A DNA stretch of 63,980 nt, filler included, from Octopus bimaculoides (taxonomy: Eukaryota), in NCBI RefSeq assembly GCF_001194135.2. It is 4 parts of 4 records of this genome, joined end to end, with 100 filler letters (N's around TTAATTAATTAA, not from the genome) between each part and the next. Parts side by side here need not be neighbours in the genome. Positions count along the whole stretch, not along the records: positions 28,161 to 55,346 come from NC_068990.1; 3 more parts are not named here. One strand, 5' to 3'. A program made the position numbers and the translations under genes. Below the pieces are notes generated by a model. The model was not told the origin of the DNA. It did not search any database and saw only the letters and a program-made list of their open reading frames with translations. How positions within the stretch are numbered: the stretch's first letter is position 1; every line of letters begins with the position of its first letter. Positions 34,640 to 47,895 of this stretch are shown here, piece after piece.

Positions 34640-35170
34640 ATGAGAACTGCACTTAACACCGACTATAGATTACAGATGAGATCAAGGCACAGCTGGAGAA
34701 CTTACCTGTCAACATTTACAATAGGACCGACCTACATGCAATCTTATACGCAAATTAAACACGTGATATTTCTAAGAATGGATAACAGTGAATCATAAGA
34801 GCCATGCTTCGAATATCATTGTTGATGGATATCCATAAAGAGGTAATAAATAACGGAACGGAGTGAAAGAATTGATCGCGCAACACCAAAAGTGTAAAGT
34901 CTGATTGACCGGACAAATAGCAAGGCTACAACAGGCTAATTCGTGTAGTTGTCGACTGTTATTCAAGAGATTGGCAGACATCACTTTGAAAACATCCAGG
35001 GTGATGTGTAGATGAAAGACTGAAAAAGTTCAGGTTCCAATATGAGGAACGAGCAATCAAAGGAACTAAGGAAACGCATTGAAACCAGCGATGTAGAAGG
35101 ACATCATAATCTCTGGCTGACAGATGCACAGAGGGATTTATACGATGGCCTTGGGCAGTCTCCGTCAGCG
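34640..35170 (+). mobile_element. Highly decayed RTE-like LINE C-terminal fragment
   Basis: The frame near 34895 reads KV*LTGQIAR, resembling KxRWAGHIAR; many disablements. Confidence 0.35.
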
Positions 35171-35332
35171 AATTTTTTTCTTTTTAAACTACAATTAAAA
35201 GCTAACGCAAAGCTATTTCAAGAGAACATTTGGGTGCAGCTTTTGTCACCATGCTTGCACGTGAATACATCAAATGTATCTTTACATATCGGCAGCAATA
35301 TATTCAAATTAATTATACTGCATATAAGTATC

Positions 35333-35334
<2 letters not shown>

Positions 35335-35391
<57 letters not shown>

Positions 35392-35635
35392 TATACATGC
35401 ATATATACATATATTGATATATAAATATACAGAGGAAGACATACACACGATCACACATGCACACACAGTACATATATATTTGTACAACTACGCCTGTAGG
35501 TGGATGAATATATGTATGGATAATTTCGTTTGCATGCATGTGTGGATACGTAGTACGTATATGCATATACATACATACATACAGGTGCACGCACAAATAT
35601 GTATGTATACACGTACATTCATACATATAGGTGTA

Positions 35636-35679
<44 letters not shown>

Positions 35680-36530
35680 NNNNNNNNNNNNNNNNNNNNN
35701 NNNNNNNNNNNNNNNNNNNNNNNNNNNNNNNNNNNNNNNNNNNNNNNNNNNNNNNNNNNNNNNNNNNNNNNNNNNNNNNNNNNNNNNNNNNNNNNNNNNN
35801 NNNNNNNNNNNNNNNNNNNNNNNNNNNNNNNNNNNNNNNNNNNNNNNNNNNNNNNNNNNNNNNNNNNNNNNNNNNNNNNNNNNNNNNNNNNNNNNNNNNN
35901 NNNNNNNNNNNNNNNNNNNNNNNNNNNNNNNNNNNNNNNNNNNNNNNNNNNNNNNNNNNNNNNNNNNNNNNNNNNNNNNNNNNNNNNNNNNNNNNNNNNN
36001 NNNNNNNNNNNNNNNNNNNNNNNNNNNNNNNNNNNNNNNNNNNNNNNNNNNNNNNNNNNNNNNNNNNNNNNNNNNNNNNNNNNNNNNNNNNNNNNNNNNN
36101 NNNNNNNNNNNNNNNNNNNNNNNNNNNNNNNNNNNNNNNNNNNNNNNNNNNNNNNNNNNNNNNNNNNNNNNNNNNNNNNNNNNNNNNNNNNNNNNNNNNN
36201 NNNNNNNNNNNNNNNNNNNNNNNNNNNNNNNNNNNNNNNNNNNNNNNNNNNNNNNNNNNNNNNNNNNNNNNNNNNNNNNNNNNNNNNNNNNNNNNNNNNN
36301 NNNNNNNNNNNNNNNNNNNNNNNNNNNNNNNNNNNNNNNNNNNNNNNNNNNNNNNNNNNNNNNNNNNNNNNNNNNNNNNNNNATATATATATATATATAT
36401 ATATATATGCATATGTATGTATATATATATGTATATATATACATATATGTGTGTGTGTATGTGCATGTGTATGTATGAATATATGTATATATACATTCTC
36501 TCTCTCTCTCTCACACACACACACACTCAT
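35335..36530. repeat. (CA)n and (TA)n microsatellites flanking an N gap
   Basis: Direct reading. Confidence 0.9.
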
Positions 36531-37029
36531 ATAAAAGTATACAAGCGGAAAAATCGATTTAATCGCTAAGAGATATATAGAGAAAAGATAGCGGCAAGTA
36601 ATTTTTTTTTCATCCTGCAGTGCTTTTATTTTTTTTACTTAACATGTTTTTTTTGTTTTTTTTGTTTACCTTTTTACCTTTCCATATTTCATTTTCTTTT
36701 TCACGTTAAATCCTGTATCATAAGTCGAACGTAATGAAATCGTGTCATTCTATTCCGTTTATTGTTGCTGTCACCCAGCGCCTCATATGCACTCCCTGTC
36801 GGCAACGCACGTTCATTTCTATGAAAAACCGAGTGCGATAGCTGAGTGATTGGAGCGTTGGAGGGTGGTCTTTAAATTCTTCTAGTACGCAATTTCCCAT
36901 TTACCTCGGGAGAAAATATAACAACGTTTTGTTTTATGGTATTTACTCTTTTTAAGGCTTTCGAAGATTTTTGATCGTTTTCACTTGAAGCCGAAAAGAG
37001 AAAATGTTGGATAAGAAAATTATTATAGG

Positions 37030-37870
37030 CGCTAGGAATGGTTGTGTGGTTAACAAGATTGCTTTGTAACCTTGTGGTTGCAGGTTCAGTCCCACTGCAT
37101 GGCATTAAAAAATAGTATTTTCTGTTATAGACCCTGGCTTATCAATACCTAAGGAGTAAATTTGGCAGGTGGAAATTGAGTGGAAGCTGGTGAGACCAAC
37201 TCGAGTGATGCGTTTTCTGTTAATTAACTTTAGATTCAGGGCTGAATAACATATATAATTATAATAGAAACATAATTAAACGCTATGTTGTCTGGTGCAA
37301 GCGTGGTTGTGTGGTAAAGCACTTACTTCCCAACCACATGTCTCCGGGTTCAGTCCCACTGCGTGAAAACTACAGTGAGTGTCTTGTATTATTGCTTCGG
37401 GTCACACAAAGTCTTGTGAGTGGATTTGGTAGACGGAAACTGAAAGAAGGCATCATATATATATATATATGGAAAAAAGTCGAGGTAGAAAATGATAAAA
37501 TAATTTTATCACAGACATCTCAGTACCGGTTTCGGTAAATTAAACTTTTTCAACTGTATTGAAAACAATTACATTTTGCAAAAATTAAATATACATACAT
37601 ACATACATATATCCATCCATCTATCCATCCATCCATCCATCCATCCATCCATCCATCCATACATACATACATACATACATGCATGCATATGTGTTTGTGC
37701 GTGTGCGTGTATGTGTCTTTCTGTGTGTATTTGCCCCCACTATCACTTGACAATCGGTGTTGGTGTGTTCACGTCCCTTAACTTAGAAATTCAGCAAACG
37801 GTTATGATAGAGTACTTGACTAGATTCATTACATTAAAATTTTTCAATTTGATTAAAATGGCCGCCGTGT
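37030..37870 (+). mobile_element. Two SINE family A copies (head-only, then near full length with an internal (CCAT)n/(CATA)n tract)
   Basis: gtgtggttaacaagattgc...ggttcagtcccactgc at 37045-37100 and gtgtggtaaagcacttacttcccaaccacatg...ggttcagtcccactgcg at 37308-37362. Confidence 0.75.
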
Positions 37871-37941
37871 GATGACTGAAGAATTAGAAAAGAAAATAAA
37901 TTCAACACGATAATTAAAAACGAAACATCTATCACTTCATA

Positions 37942-37944
<3 letters not shown>

Positions 37945-38020
<76 letters not shown>

Positions 38021-38037
38021 TAATAATAATAATGATA

Positions 38038-38077
<40 letters not shown>

Positions 38078-38079
38078 TG

Positions 38080-38113
<34 letters not shown>

Positions 38114-38382
38114 TAATAATAATAATGATAATAATAATAATGATAATAATAATAATGATAATAATAATAATAATAATGATGNNNNNNNNNNNNNNNNNNN
38201 NNNNNNNNNNNNNNNNNNNNNNNNNNNNNNNNNNNNNNNNNNNNNNNNNNNNNNNNNNNNNNNNNNNNNNNNNNNNNNNNNNNNNNNNNNNNNNNNNNNN
38301 NNNNNNNNNNNNNNNNNNNNNNNNNNNNNNNNNNNNNNNNNNNNNNNNNNNNNNNNNNNNNNNNNNNNNNNNNNNNNNNNNN

Positions 38383-38478
<96 letters not shown>

Positions 38479-38492
38479 TGATGATGATGATG

Positions 38493-38568
<76 letters not shown>

Positions 38569-38577
38569 CATCAACAC
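37945..38577. repeat. Long (AAT)n/(GAT)n microsatellite with an internal gap
   Basis: Direct reading. Confidence 0.95.
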
Positions 38578-38599
38578 TAATACTAATCTTTTCTAGGAT

Positions 38600-38795
38600 T
38601 ATTGTATGTACAAGGCCTGAAATTTTAGGGCAGGGGGTAAGTTGATTACCCCTGGTACGCCACTGGTATTTAATTTTTCGATAGGATGAAAAGCAAAGTC
38701 GACCTCGGTGGAATCTGACTGAAGGAGTAAAGATGGACGAAATGTCGCTATGCATTTTTCATGGCATGCTAAAGGTTCTGCCAGCTCGCTGCCGT
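38600..38795 (-). mobile_element. SINE family C
   Basis: caaggcctgaaatttt...ggatgaaaagcaaagtcgacctcggtgg...gctaaaggttctgccagctcgc. Confidence 0.8.
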
Positions 38796-39279
38796 AATAA
38801 TAATAATGATAATAACAGACTACAACAGAGGAACTACAACCGACCATTTGTTAATAGATATGCCCGTACCAGGAGAACAAAATGGCTCAAGAAAGGAATA
38901 TGAAAAGGTCTCTCACTATAAAGATCTGTAAATTGAAAACACAAAAATGTGAAAGCTTAGTATTACAATAAAACCTGTAGTAATTGTTGTGTTGAGAATG
39001 ATAAAGAAGGAGGCTTAGAAGTATATTAAGCAATTGTCTGGTAACTCCAATCTCCGTGAACCTCGTAGGGGCAATGCTTACCCTGCGCGCAGAAACTATG
39101 TTTTGCGAATTCTAGTGTGGCTTACAATGCGCTGCTTACCCATGCGTTTTAATTGGACTGAATTAATTATTATTTTGCTGTTTTTTTTAAAGTATCATCA
39201 TTATAAGTATTTATACTCCGGTAAAATTAAGAAATCAACTCGTAGATAAACGAAACCCTCGAATCCGTCGTTGTACGTG

Positions 39280-39325
<46 letters not shown>

Positions 39326-39326
39326 G

Positions 39327-40880
39327 TCGCGTATGTATGCATGTATGTATGTATGTATGCATGTTTGCACACGTGTCTACGCGCATGATCTATACACATA
39401 CAGACGAGTGCTGATCCATATGAAAAAGAAAGTGAACAAAATGATATAGCCACTTGCTTATCGGGAAATTTGTTATTTCGATTTTAAACTTTTTCGTTTT
39501 TTTTATATGAAAATAATCAAACGAAGTGTTCATCATTTCGAGCCACTCACCCAGTGAGTATTTCTACCGAATGTGGTGAAGATCTGTTCAGCCGTTTTTC
39601 AGTAATTTTGCAAACACACAGACAAAGACAAATGGTTACAAAACCCTGCTTTCGCTTACGCGCGCAGGATAATAACATCAATCTGGGGAATATTAGTGAA
39701 TGCTATGTAATAATACATTAAAGTCTTTTTCTGGTCTACAGGCCCATTAGGCTATATATTATTCCGGTTTTTATGGTGTTTAAGCGTTTGAATGTTCAAG
39801 ACATTCTTGTTCGTGGCGCGCCCGCTCCACTACTCTACATTATACGTCTGAGCATGTGTCGACAGACCTTGTCATTTTCCTTTATTGAAAAATGGGTATA
39901 TGAGCAGGTTAAAATTGTTTCTTGAATTAGATTACCTATTTCATATAAATCTAAAGCAGTTGCTGGAGTGTCTTTGTAATTCTGTGTCTGTGAGACCACA
40001 ATTTGGATCCGTGAAGGAACGTTACTTAGTTGTTAGGGTTTGGGTGAAATTCATTGTGTCCAGGGTTTCGTTCCTGGACCGGGTAGCATGTTGTGCATTT
40101 GAGTAAGGTATTTCGTTTTACATTGCTCCAGCGTGCTCAGCTGAAAATGAGCCGCACCAGCCGAGTGCTGATGCGCCTCATTCTCCCACTCTAGTTATCC
40201 TTCCACCTTTCTCTCTTCCTCTCCTTCTCTCCACCTGTCTCAACCCGGATGGACTGTTACGTCAACCGATGGGAATGTCAAAGGGACATCTATGTCAGTT
40301 CATAGCTCCACAGGCAGCTGAAACATGTAGCGAAGCATAGCACATTTTACCAAACCATATTCGTGAGTGACGCCCGTCTCCTTTTACTTGAATCTAAAAC
40401 GCTTCTTGTACATCTTACCAATTTTAAGTGCTATACCTTGGGGTGGGTGGGTAACTAACTGGCTGTTTCAGAAATTACAACGTACATTCTTAACACCCAA
40501 ATTTTCGAAACTAGATTGATATATCCAAGCGGCATTTTACTGACCACGCCGATCACTTCCCTTCAGTTTGAGCCATCGAGATTTTTATCACATTTGGTAG
40601 AAATACTCACTGGGTGAGTGGCTCGAAATGATGAACACTTGGTTTGATTATTTTTATTAAAAAAAAATGAAAAAAAATTTTATCGAATTTACAAATTTCC
40701 CGATAAGCAAGTTGTCATACTATTTTGTTCACTTTCTTTTTCATATGAATCGACACTCGCCTGCGTGTGTATAGATCATGGTGTACCTATGCGCGTAGAC
40801 ACGTGTGCATACATACATACATACATACATACATACATACATACATACATACATACATACATACATACATACATACGCGA
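39327..40880. repeat. 1.55-kb foldback with about 260-310-bp inverted arms that include a (TATG)n tract
   Basis: tcgcgtatgtatg...gcacacgtgtctacgcgcat...gaaagtgaacaaaat...cttgcttatcgggaaatttg...gtgttcatcatttcgagccactcacccagtgagtatttctacc is mirrored at about 40570-40880. Confidence 0.88.
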
Positions 40881-42100
40881 TGATTTCATTGCTACTTCTG
40901 CAAACCACACCACAATATCTCTTAGAACATGACAATGGGAAAACACTATGGAACATTAGCACAGAAGCAGGGCGTGGAATAAGCAAATAATAGACACTGC
41001 TTTCACAATGTGATAAAATGAATAATGTCTTAGTATTTGTGAAATGACTATAATTTGCAACAGTGAATAAAAAAAGCAGATGAGTTACTTCGAGGTAGCT
41101 GTGAAACTAAAACGATACAGCAGCTAAAGATATGATTTGAAGGAATATTTGTTTAATATTTCAAAGAAGGCAAGCACCCACGCAGAAGGACCCTCGTCGG
41201 CTCATGTAAATAACAAGTACTATCACATGCTGTGCAGTGGAATTCGTGCATTACTCTCTTAAAACTGAAAATCTCTTTTCCTTAGTATCTCCACAGCATT
41301 AACAAAAAAAATATTCAGTGATTATTTTACGCCATTTTACTTTTATTAATATCTTTATTCTATTTCAATTATTAAAAATTATATTTTACTTGTTTTATGC
41401 TTCTAGATTCAATTCTTTATCTATCCTTGTTATCAAGTAGTGTTGCATCCGGAAATATTTATTGCAATTAATAACAAACTCCGTATTCCAGCATGCATCT
41501 CTTTATATTTTCCATTGACAAAAATGTACGTGACAATAACAAACATGCAATATTAATTGATTTCTATGTATGATTAATATTTTATGAAAGCCATTTGATC
41601 AAATTTTAAAAGATTGCCTTCATGCACAAATAATCACATTACTGGTGAGAATTACAATATTAAATGGTTTAGACTCTGGATCCATTTTATGACTGCCGTT
41701 ATGAACGTAAACTTGATATGTGGTTTACTGTTTATTGATAAATCCATGTCTATTTTTTATTATATAACTAGTTTGCTCGTACTTCTATTGCTGTTGTTAG
41801 AGTCTGTTGCAATTTATGTCGATTGCATATCTTCGTTTATTTCATTTTTCTCCAATTGTCTTTTTTTTTTTATCTCCATATTGTTTTTCAATAGTTGTTT
41901 CGGTGTTTCATTATCTTTATCATCACCTCCATCACAAAACCCAGTAATTTTAATGCAGCCTATATAAATATGACAAAAAAAAAACAATAAGAAAAAGAAT
42001 TTGAACAAAAGACTGGAAGAGAGGAACAAAGAGAGACGAACGAAAGCGAGAGAGAGAGAGGAATTATTGAGAGACAGAGGGAAGCGATACATAAATACAT

Positions 42101-42109
<9 letters not shown>

Positions 42110-42174
<65 letters not shown>

Positions 42175-42175
42175 G
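42110..42175. repeat. (AGAT)n tetranucleotide microsatellite
   Basis: Direct reading. Confidence 0.95.
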
Positions 42176-42356
42176 GTCTGATGGTTAGGGAGAAGAAATG
42201 AAGAAGAGAGACAATGAGAGAGGGAGTGAGACAGACGGAGAGAGAGCGAGAGAGAATAGCATAAAAGGTTATTGTTACTAGCAATTTATTTCGCTTTCAC
42301 CCTATTAAGTATATCTGACAATCCGGATAAAATAAATGGGAATAACAAGGGAGAAA

Positions 42357-42402
<46 letters not shown>

Positions 42403-42546
42403 TTGACACATATACACACGGCAAAAAATAAAGAAGTAAAAAAAAACGGAACATAAAATATATAAAGAGAAAAACAGAGGACTTAATTGCTACTGAAATG
42501 AAAATAATAAATTATATGAAATAAATACATATGAAAATACAAAATG

Positions 42547-42584
<38 letters not shown>

Positions 42585-42790
42585 TGTTTTGAATTTAGGC
42601 GCAAAACCGGCATTTCTCTAGGAGAGAGGAGGGTTAATCGATTATATGGACACCAGTATGCTACTGGTACTTTTTACTTTATTGACCCTGGAGGAATGAA
42701 AGGCAAAGTTAACCCCGGCGGAGTAAAGCTAGACGGAACGCCGCTAAGCATTTTGTCCAACACGCTAAAGGTTCTGCCAGCCTCTGAAAA
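42585..42790 (-). mobile_element. SINE family C
   Basis: ctggtactttttactttattgaccctggaggaatgaaaggcaaagtt...gctaaaggttctgccagc. Confidence 0.75.
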
Positions 42791-43454
42791 GAAGACAATT
42801 AAGAAGAAGAAGATGAACAACAACAACAACAACAACAACAATAATAATAATTGTAGAGGCATTGATAATAATGATAATGATTCAAATCTATCGATTTATC
42901 TACATTAGCCTAAGTGTCGTCTGTCTGGGCGAGTTTCAATGTTAAAATCAGCCGCCAGTTTAAGTATGATGAATGTTCACCAGGATTTCTATTTTGTGGA
43001 ACCAGAACATGACTGTAGAACATGATAAATGGTGATGTGGAATTAAACATTTGAAATAAATTGAAGAATTTGCCAGAAATGGAAAAAAAATACTTCATTT
43101 GACGTAAGGACTTTAACATATGTATACATATTTAGTATGTGCGCGCGCATATATATANNNNNNNNNNTATATATATATGGCTACTGTCTATATGTAGCGA
43201 GGTCTGTAATTGTCTCTATTACATTCAGTGAATTAGTATGTTCCATATGCACTTATCTATCATTCTTATTACAGACTTGTGCTATTGTATTGTGTTATAT
43301 GTTGTTTGTTTCTTATTCTGGTTATGTTTTATTATGCATCGGCGTTCATGTGAGATTTTGTAACAAATATATGTATGATAGAATTATGTATAGATAGGTA
43401 TGTCTGCATATGTCTGTGTGTGTATCTAGCTGAAAGAAAAATTACAGATATATA

Positions 43455-43493
<39 letters not shown>

Positions 43494-43835
43494 TTTGTGT
43501 GTGCGCACGCGTATGATAGACAGATAGATAAATGAATAGATATAGGTATGGTAATCTAACTGAAATATACAAATATATACATTTTGTGGACGTGTGTGTC
43601 CCTCTTTTATGTATGTATGTGTGTGTATCTAATGCTATGTATGTGCAAGATCCAAGGATCTAGGTGTAGGAATTTAGTAAGTTTCTATCAGTCTGTAGAA
43701 ACAATAGTTTATTGGCGTAGAAGGTCGTAGGTTCTAGAAGTTCAATAAATTGATAAAAAAATGTTTTATAGTTCATGGCTAGCAACCAGGGTTTTTATGA
43801 ATGCGAATAAAAATTCAAATTGAGGGGACAGAGCT

Positions 43836-44060
43836 GGTAAAATACTGGCTTGGCTACATATGTGTCATAGCTAGCAGGACCTCGAAGTTAGTAATTAGCC
43901 AATGAGGGGTACTCCACTAGCTACCTGTTAGGCCGAAGATACCTTCATTTAACTAAGGTGTCTTCGGCCTGATGAGTAGCTAGTGGCGTAACCCTCTTTT
44001 GAATGATTATTACTTTCGGGGATCTGCTAACTAGGAAACATATGTAGCCAGGATTTTACC
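43836..44060. mobile_element. 225-bp whole-length imperfect palindrome (MITE-like)
   Basis: ggtaaaat..tggctacatatgt...ccactagctac..ggccgaagatacctt / aaggtgtcttcggcc..gtagctagtgg...acatatgtagccaggattttacc. Confidence 0.8.
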
Positions 44061-44113
44061 CGTTCCATTCCCTCACTTTGGACATATGTATACATACATA
44101 TATAGGTATACAC

Positions 44114-44154
<41 letters not shown>

Positions 44155-44335
44155 NNNNNNNNNNNNNNNNNNNNNNNNNNNNNNNNNNNNNNNNNNNNNN
44201 NNNNNNNNNNNNNNNNNNNNNNNNNNNNNNNNNNNNNNNNNNNNNNNNNNNNNNNNNNNNNNNNNNNNNNNNNNNNNNNNNNNNNNNNNNNNNNNNNNNN
44301 NNNNNNNNNNNNNNNNNNNNNNNNNNNNNNNNNNN

Positions 44336-44464
44336 TGGACATCCCTTTTGCTAGATGAAGACCACCTACGGTCTCACCACTGGTGTTTGCTGAATTTTCT
44401 TGAGAACAATCTTTTCTTTGTGGTCAGACTGTAGGTAGTCTTCTTCTAGCAAAAGGGATGTCCA
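44336..44464. repeat. 39-bp inverted repeat (36 of 39 match) with a 51-nt loop at a contig edge
   Basis: tggacatcccttttgctagatgaagaccacctacggtct / agactgtaggtagtcttcttctagcaaaagggatgtcca. Confidence 0.85.
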
Positions 44465-44904
44465 CTTAGTGGTCATCCTTCTTCGGATTTAATTATCCCT
44501 TAGTTGCTTAAACACTTCTAGCCTATCGCATAATGTAAATAATGTACATAATTCCTCATCTCTTAAATATAAAACTGCTTTATCTACTAGGCCACGCGAT
44601 TTCACAGTTAACTGATAAAACCCTCCTGTAAGGCTGATGACAGACCGAGATCTCAAATGGAAGAAAATTCAGGTAGTTTCCACAAAGATACAAAGGTCGA
44701 AGCCACGCACCTTCGCAAATACCAAATGAATCAAAGTATTAAATTGTTCAGCCTAACTCAACATGATGCCTTTCATATATTTTAAACGTATTAGATTATC
44801 TGCTGTTTCTTAAGAGATTGATTTAAAGATTTAATGATTCATACAATGGTTTTATTTTTCGTATATTATTTGTTTCGTCAGAACACTAAACTACATACTT
44901 TCCA

Positions 44905-45210
44905 ACTGAAGGCATAAAGCCCGAAATTTTAGGGGGAGGGGGTCATCGATTGGATCGACCTCAGTACTAAACTGGTACTTAATTTATCGACTCCGAAAGG
45001 GTGTAAGGCAAAGTCGACCTCGGCGGAATTTGAACTCAGAACATAAAGACAGACGAAATACCGACAAGCATTTCGCCCAGCGTGCTCACGTTTCTGCCAG
45101 CTCGCCTTCCTTATCATAATAATCTTTTCTATTGTAGGCACAAGGACCGAAATTTGGGGGAGGGAGCCAGTCGTTTAGATCGACCCCAGTACGGAACTGT
45201 TACTTAATTC
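44905..45210 (-). mobile_element. SINE family C, one full copy plus a partial second 3' end
   Basis: ggcataaagcccgaaattttagggggaggg...aaggcaaagtcgacctcggcggaatttgaactcag...ctgccagctcgcc. Confidence 0.85.
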
Positions 45211-45894
45211 ATCGATATCCACTACCTCCTCCCCGTCGTTCTCGTCCTCCTCCTTGTCCTCTTCCTGGTCGTCTTCGACGTCCTCCACCACCTGCTCTTC
45301 CTTCTTATCACCAACACTTTCCATTATTTGTTTGTTTGTTTCCTTCTTTTTTCTTTCTTTCTTTCTTCTTTCTTCTTCTTTTTCTTCTTCTTCCTTCTCC
45401 TCCTCCGCCTATTCTTTTTTTCATATGACGGCAATAATACTGCCGATTCCCATAAACTCTTAAGATCCATTAAGCATCACACTGAAGAAGATTTCGTTTA
45501 CCCGAACTGCAGTCAGCGTAAAATGAAGCTATCTTATCAATAATTCCTATGGTTTTCATTAGCTTTCATTGGTCTACAACTGAAGCCACCAATTGACTTA
45601 AAAGCCACGAACAACAATGGAACGATTTGTAATAACACAGTCAAAACCATTATTTATATTCTCCGATCAAATTTTAAAATACAATCAATTGATTAGTCAT
45701 TATCTAATCCGATACATGAATTAATGAAGGCATAATTAGCGTTAATGATTCCAGAAAATTGATTCTGGGTCACATACCTTATTATAGAAAGTCTAATGAA
45801 ATCTAATGAGTCTGAGAGGAAATATTTATGTAATCATTCTAATTGATAGAAGGAGCAACTAAAACTAAATCGCCCACAAATCATATCCTGCCAT

Positions 45895-46210
45895 CATTTA
45901 CAACTGGCCCTCTGGCGGTGATGACTACGCGGTTTCCAGTTGACAGGATCAACGGAAAAGCACGCTCGTGAAATTAACGTGCAAGTGGCTGAGCACTCCA
46001 CAGACAAGTTTACCTTTGATGTAGTTCTCAGCGAGATTCAGCGTGAGACAGAGTGTGACAATGAAATTGTCCTTTGAAATACAGGTACAATTCATTTTTA
46101 CCAGCTGGGTGGACTGGAGCATTGAGAAAATAAAAAAAGTCTTGCTGAAGGACACAGTGCACCTGTCCTCACAACTGTAAGCCGGATACACTAACCAATA
46201 AGCCAAGCAC
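45895..46210 (-). mobile_element. SINE family B subfamily copy
   Basis: gatcaacggaaaagcacgctcgtgaaattaacgtgcaagtggctgagcactccacagac is the reverse complement of the 47650-47712 body. Confidence 0.8.
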
Positions 46211-46491
46211 TTTCACCCTGCCATCTTAGAAAAGGAAGGAAATTATTTTGCATAAAGTTTACATACTTGCTACATATATCTCGGTGCTTCTATATATATA
46301 CTCTAAATGTAAATATACTTCCTCAGATGTAAGATCAAAAAATTGTATTTGATCGAATAGAACTAGGGCTGCTATAGTATAACTGGTATCAAATCAGTCT
46401 GAATCACTGAATACGTGTTGTTACTAACAGGAAGTAAATTTACTGCTTTCTTCTGTTTCTTTCCGCGGCCAGTTTTTTAAAACTAAATATA

Positions 46492-46549
46492 CAGGGTGAA
46501 CCAAATATCACGCATCAAAAGATGTAACATTTCTATATATATTACGTTG

Positions 46550-46605
<56 letters not shown>

Positions 46606-47061
46606 CATCATTATTATTATCATCATTATTATTATCATCATTATTATCATCATTATTATTAATATTATTATTATTATTATTATTAAGGCGGTGATCTGGC
46701 AGAATCGTTAGCACACTGGACGAAATGCTTAGCGGTATTTCGCCCGTCAAAATCCGCCGAGATCGACTTTGCCTTTCATCCTTTCGGGGTCGATAAATTA
46801 AGTACCAGTAAAACACTGGGGTCGACTAGTCTCCAGCCCTCAAATTTGAAGCCTTGAGCCTCCAGTAAAAAGGATTAGTATTATTATCATCATCATTATT
46901 ATTTTATGATTATTATTATTCATTTTGTTCATCATATACAAATACGTGTGTATTCATCATTATTTTATTCATTTTATTCAATTTTAGGAAAATTGAAGCG
47001 TGTCTTTGGCAGTTTCGGAGCGCAATGAACTTATCTTGTGCGTGCTTTTTGGCCCACCCTG
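46492..47061. mobile_element. Tc1/mariner-type MITE interrupted by (ATT)n and a SINE C
   Basis: TA|CAGGGTGAACCAAATATCACGCA ... TGCGTGCTTTTTGGCCCACCCTG|TA: imperfect TIRs with a TA TSD. Confidence 0.7.
46686..46870 (+). mobile_element. SINE family C nested in the MITE
   Basis: ggcggtgatctggcagaatcgttagcac...tcgactttgcctttcatcctttcggggtcgataaattaagtaccag. Confidence 0.85.
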
Positions 47062-47102
47062 TATTTTAAACATCCCGTAGACCACCTTATCGTATTTCTC
47101 TA

Positions 47103-47290
47103 TTAGGCGATCAGCCAGCAGAATCGTTATTGCGTCCATCTTTGTGTTGTTCTGTGCTCAAATTTTGCCAAAGCCGACTTTGCCTTTCATCCTTTCAGGG
47201 TCGACAAATTAAGTACCAGTCAACTAATGGGGGTTAATGTAATCGATTAGCCCTCTCCTTCAAAATCACAGGCCTTGTGCTTATAGGAGG
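47103..47290 (+). mobile_element. SINE family C
   Basis: ggcgatcagccagcagaatcgtt...ccgactttgcctttcatcctttcagggtcgacaaattaagtaccag...ggccttgtgc. Confidence 0.8.
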
Positions 47291-47431
47291 AAAGACAATT
47301 AAAATACTAAACTGTTGTAGCTGATTTCGCTTCGAAACATAATTAAAAAAGACTGATTTACACTCACACAACTGGAGCAGTTTAAGCTATTGCAGTTTAG
47401 CGATTTGAAATGCATTTGGTTAAAAAAGAAA

Positions 47432-47755
47432 AGTGAAGACACGTGGCTTAGTGGTTAGGGCATTCGGCTCACGATCGTAAGGTCGTGAGTTCAATTCCCG
47501 GTGACGCGTTGTGTCCTTGAGCAAGACATTTTATTTCACATTGCTCCAGTTTACTCATCTGGCAAAATTGAGTTTTACCTGTATTTCAAAGGGCCGGCCT
47601 TGTCACACTCTGTGTCACGCTGAATCTCCCTGAGAACTACGTTAGGAGTACACGTGTCTGTGGATTGCTCAGTCACTTGCACGTTAATTTCACGAGCAAG
47701 CTGTTCCGTTGATCGTATCAGCTGGTACCTTCGTCGTCGTAACCGATGGAGTGCT
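47432..47755 (+). mobile_element. tRNA-derived SINE family B subfamily
   Basis: A box tggcttagtgg, B box gttcaattcc, ttgtgtccttgagcaagac core. Confidence 0.85.
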
Positions 47756-47862
47756 CCTTTTTTTATTTTCCTTAAAAAGGAAAATACTTTGGATAGGGGT
47801 TAGGGTTAGGGGAAACATGGTAAAAGGACAGAATACATGTTTTGTACACGGGGAGACTAGTA

Positions 47863-47895
<33 letters not shown>

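Noticed and set aside
43965-43995. CTGATGAG as a hammerhead core inside the 225-bp palindrome
   Set aside because: No GAAA follows the complementary strand; the pairing is just the palindrome.
47792-47813. ggggttagggttagggg as a second telomeric array
   Set aside because: Only about two units; G4-like but too short to call.
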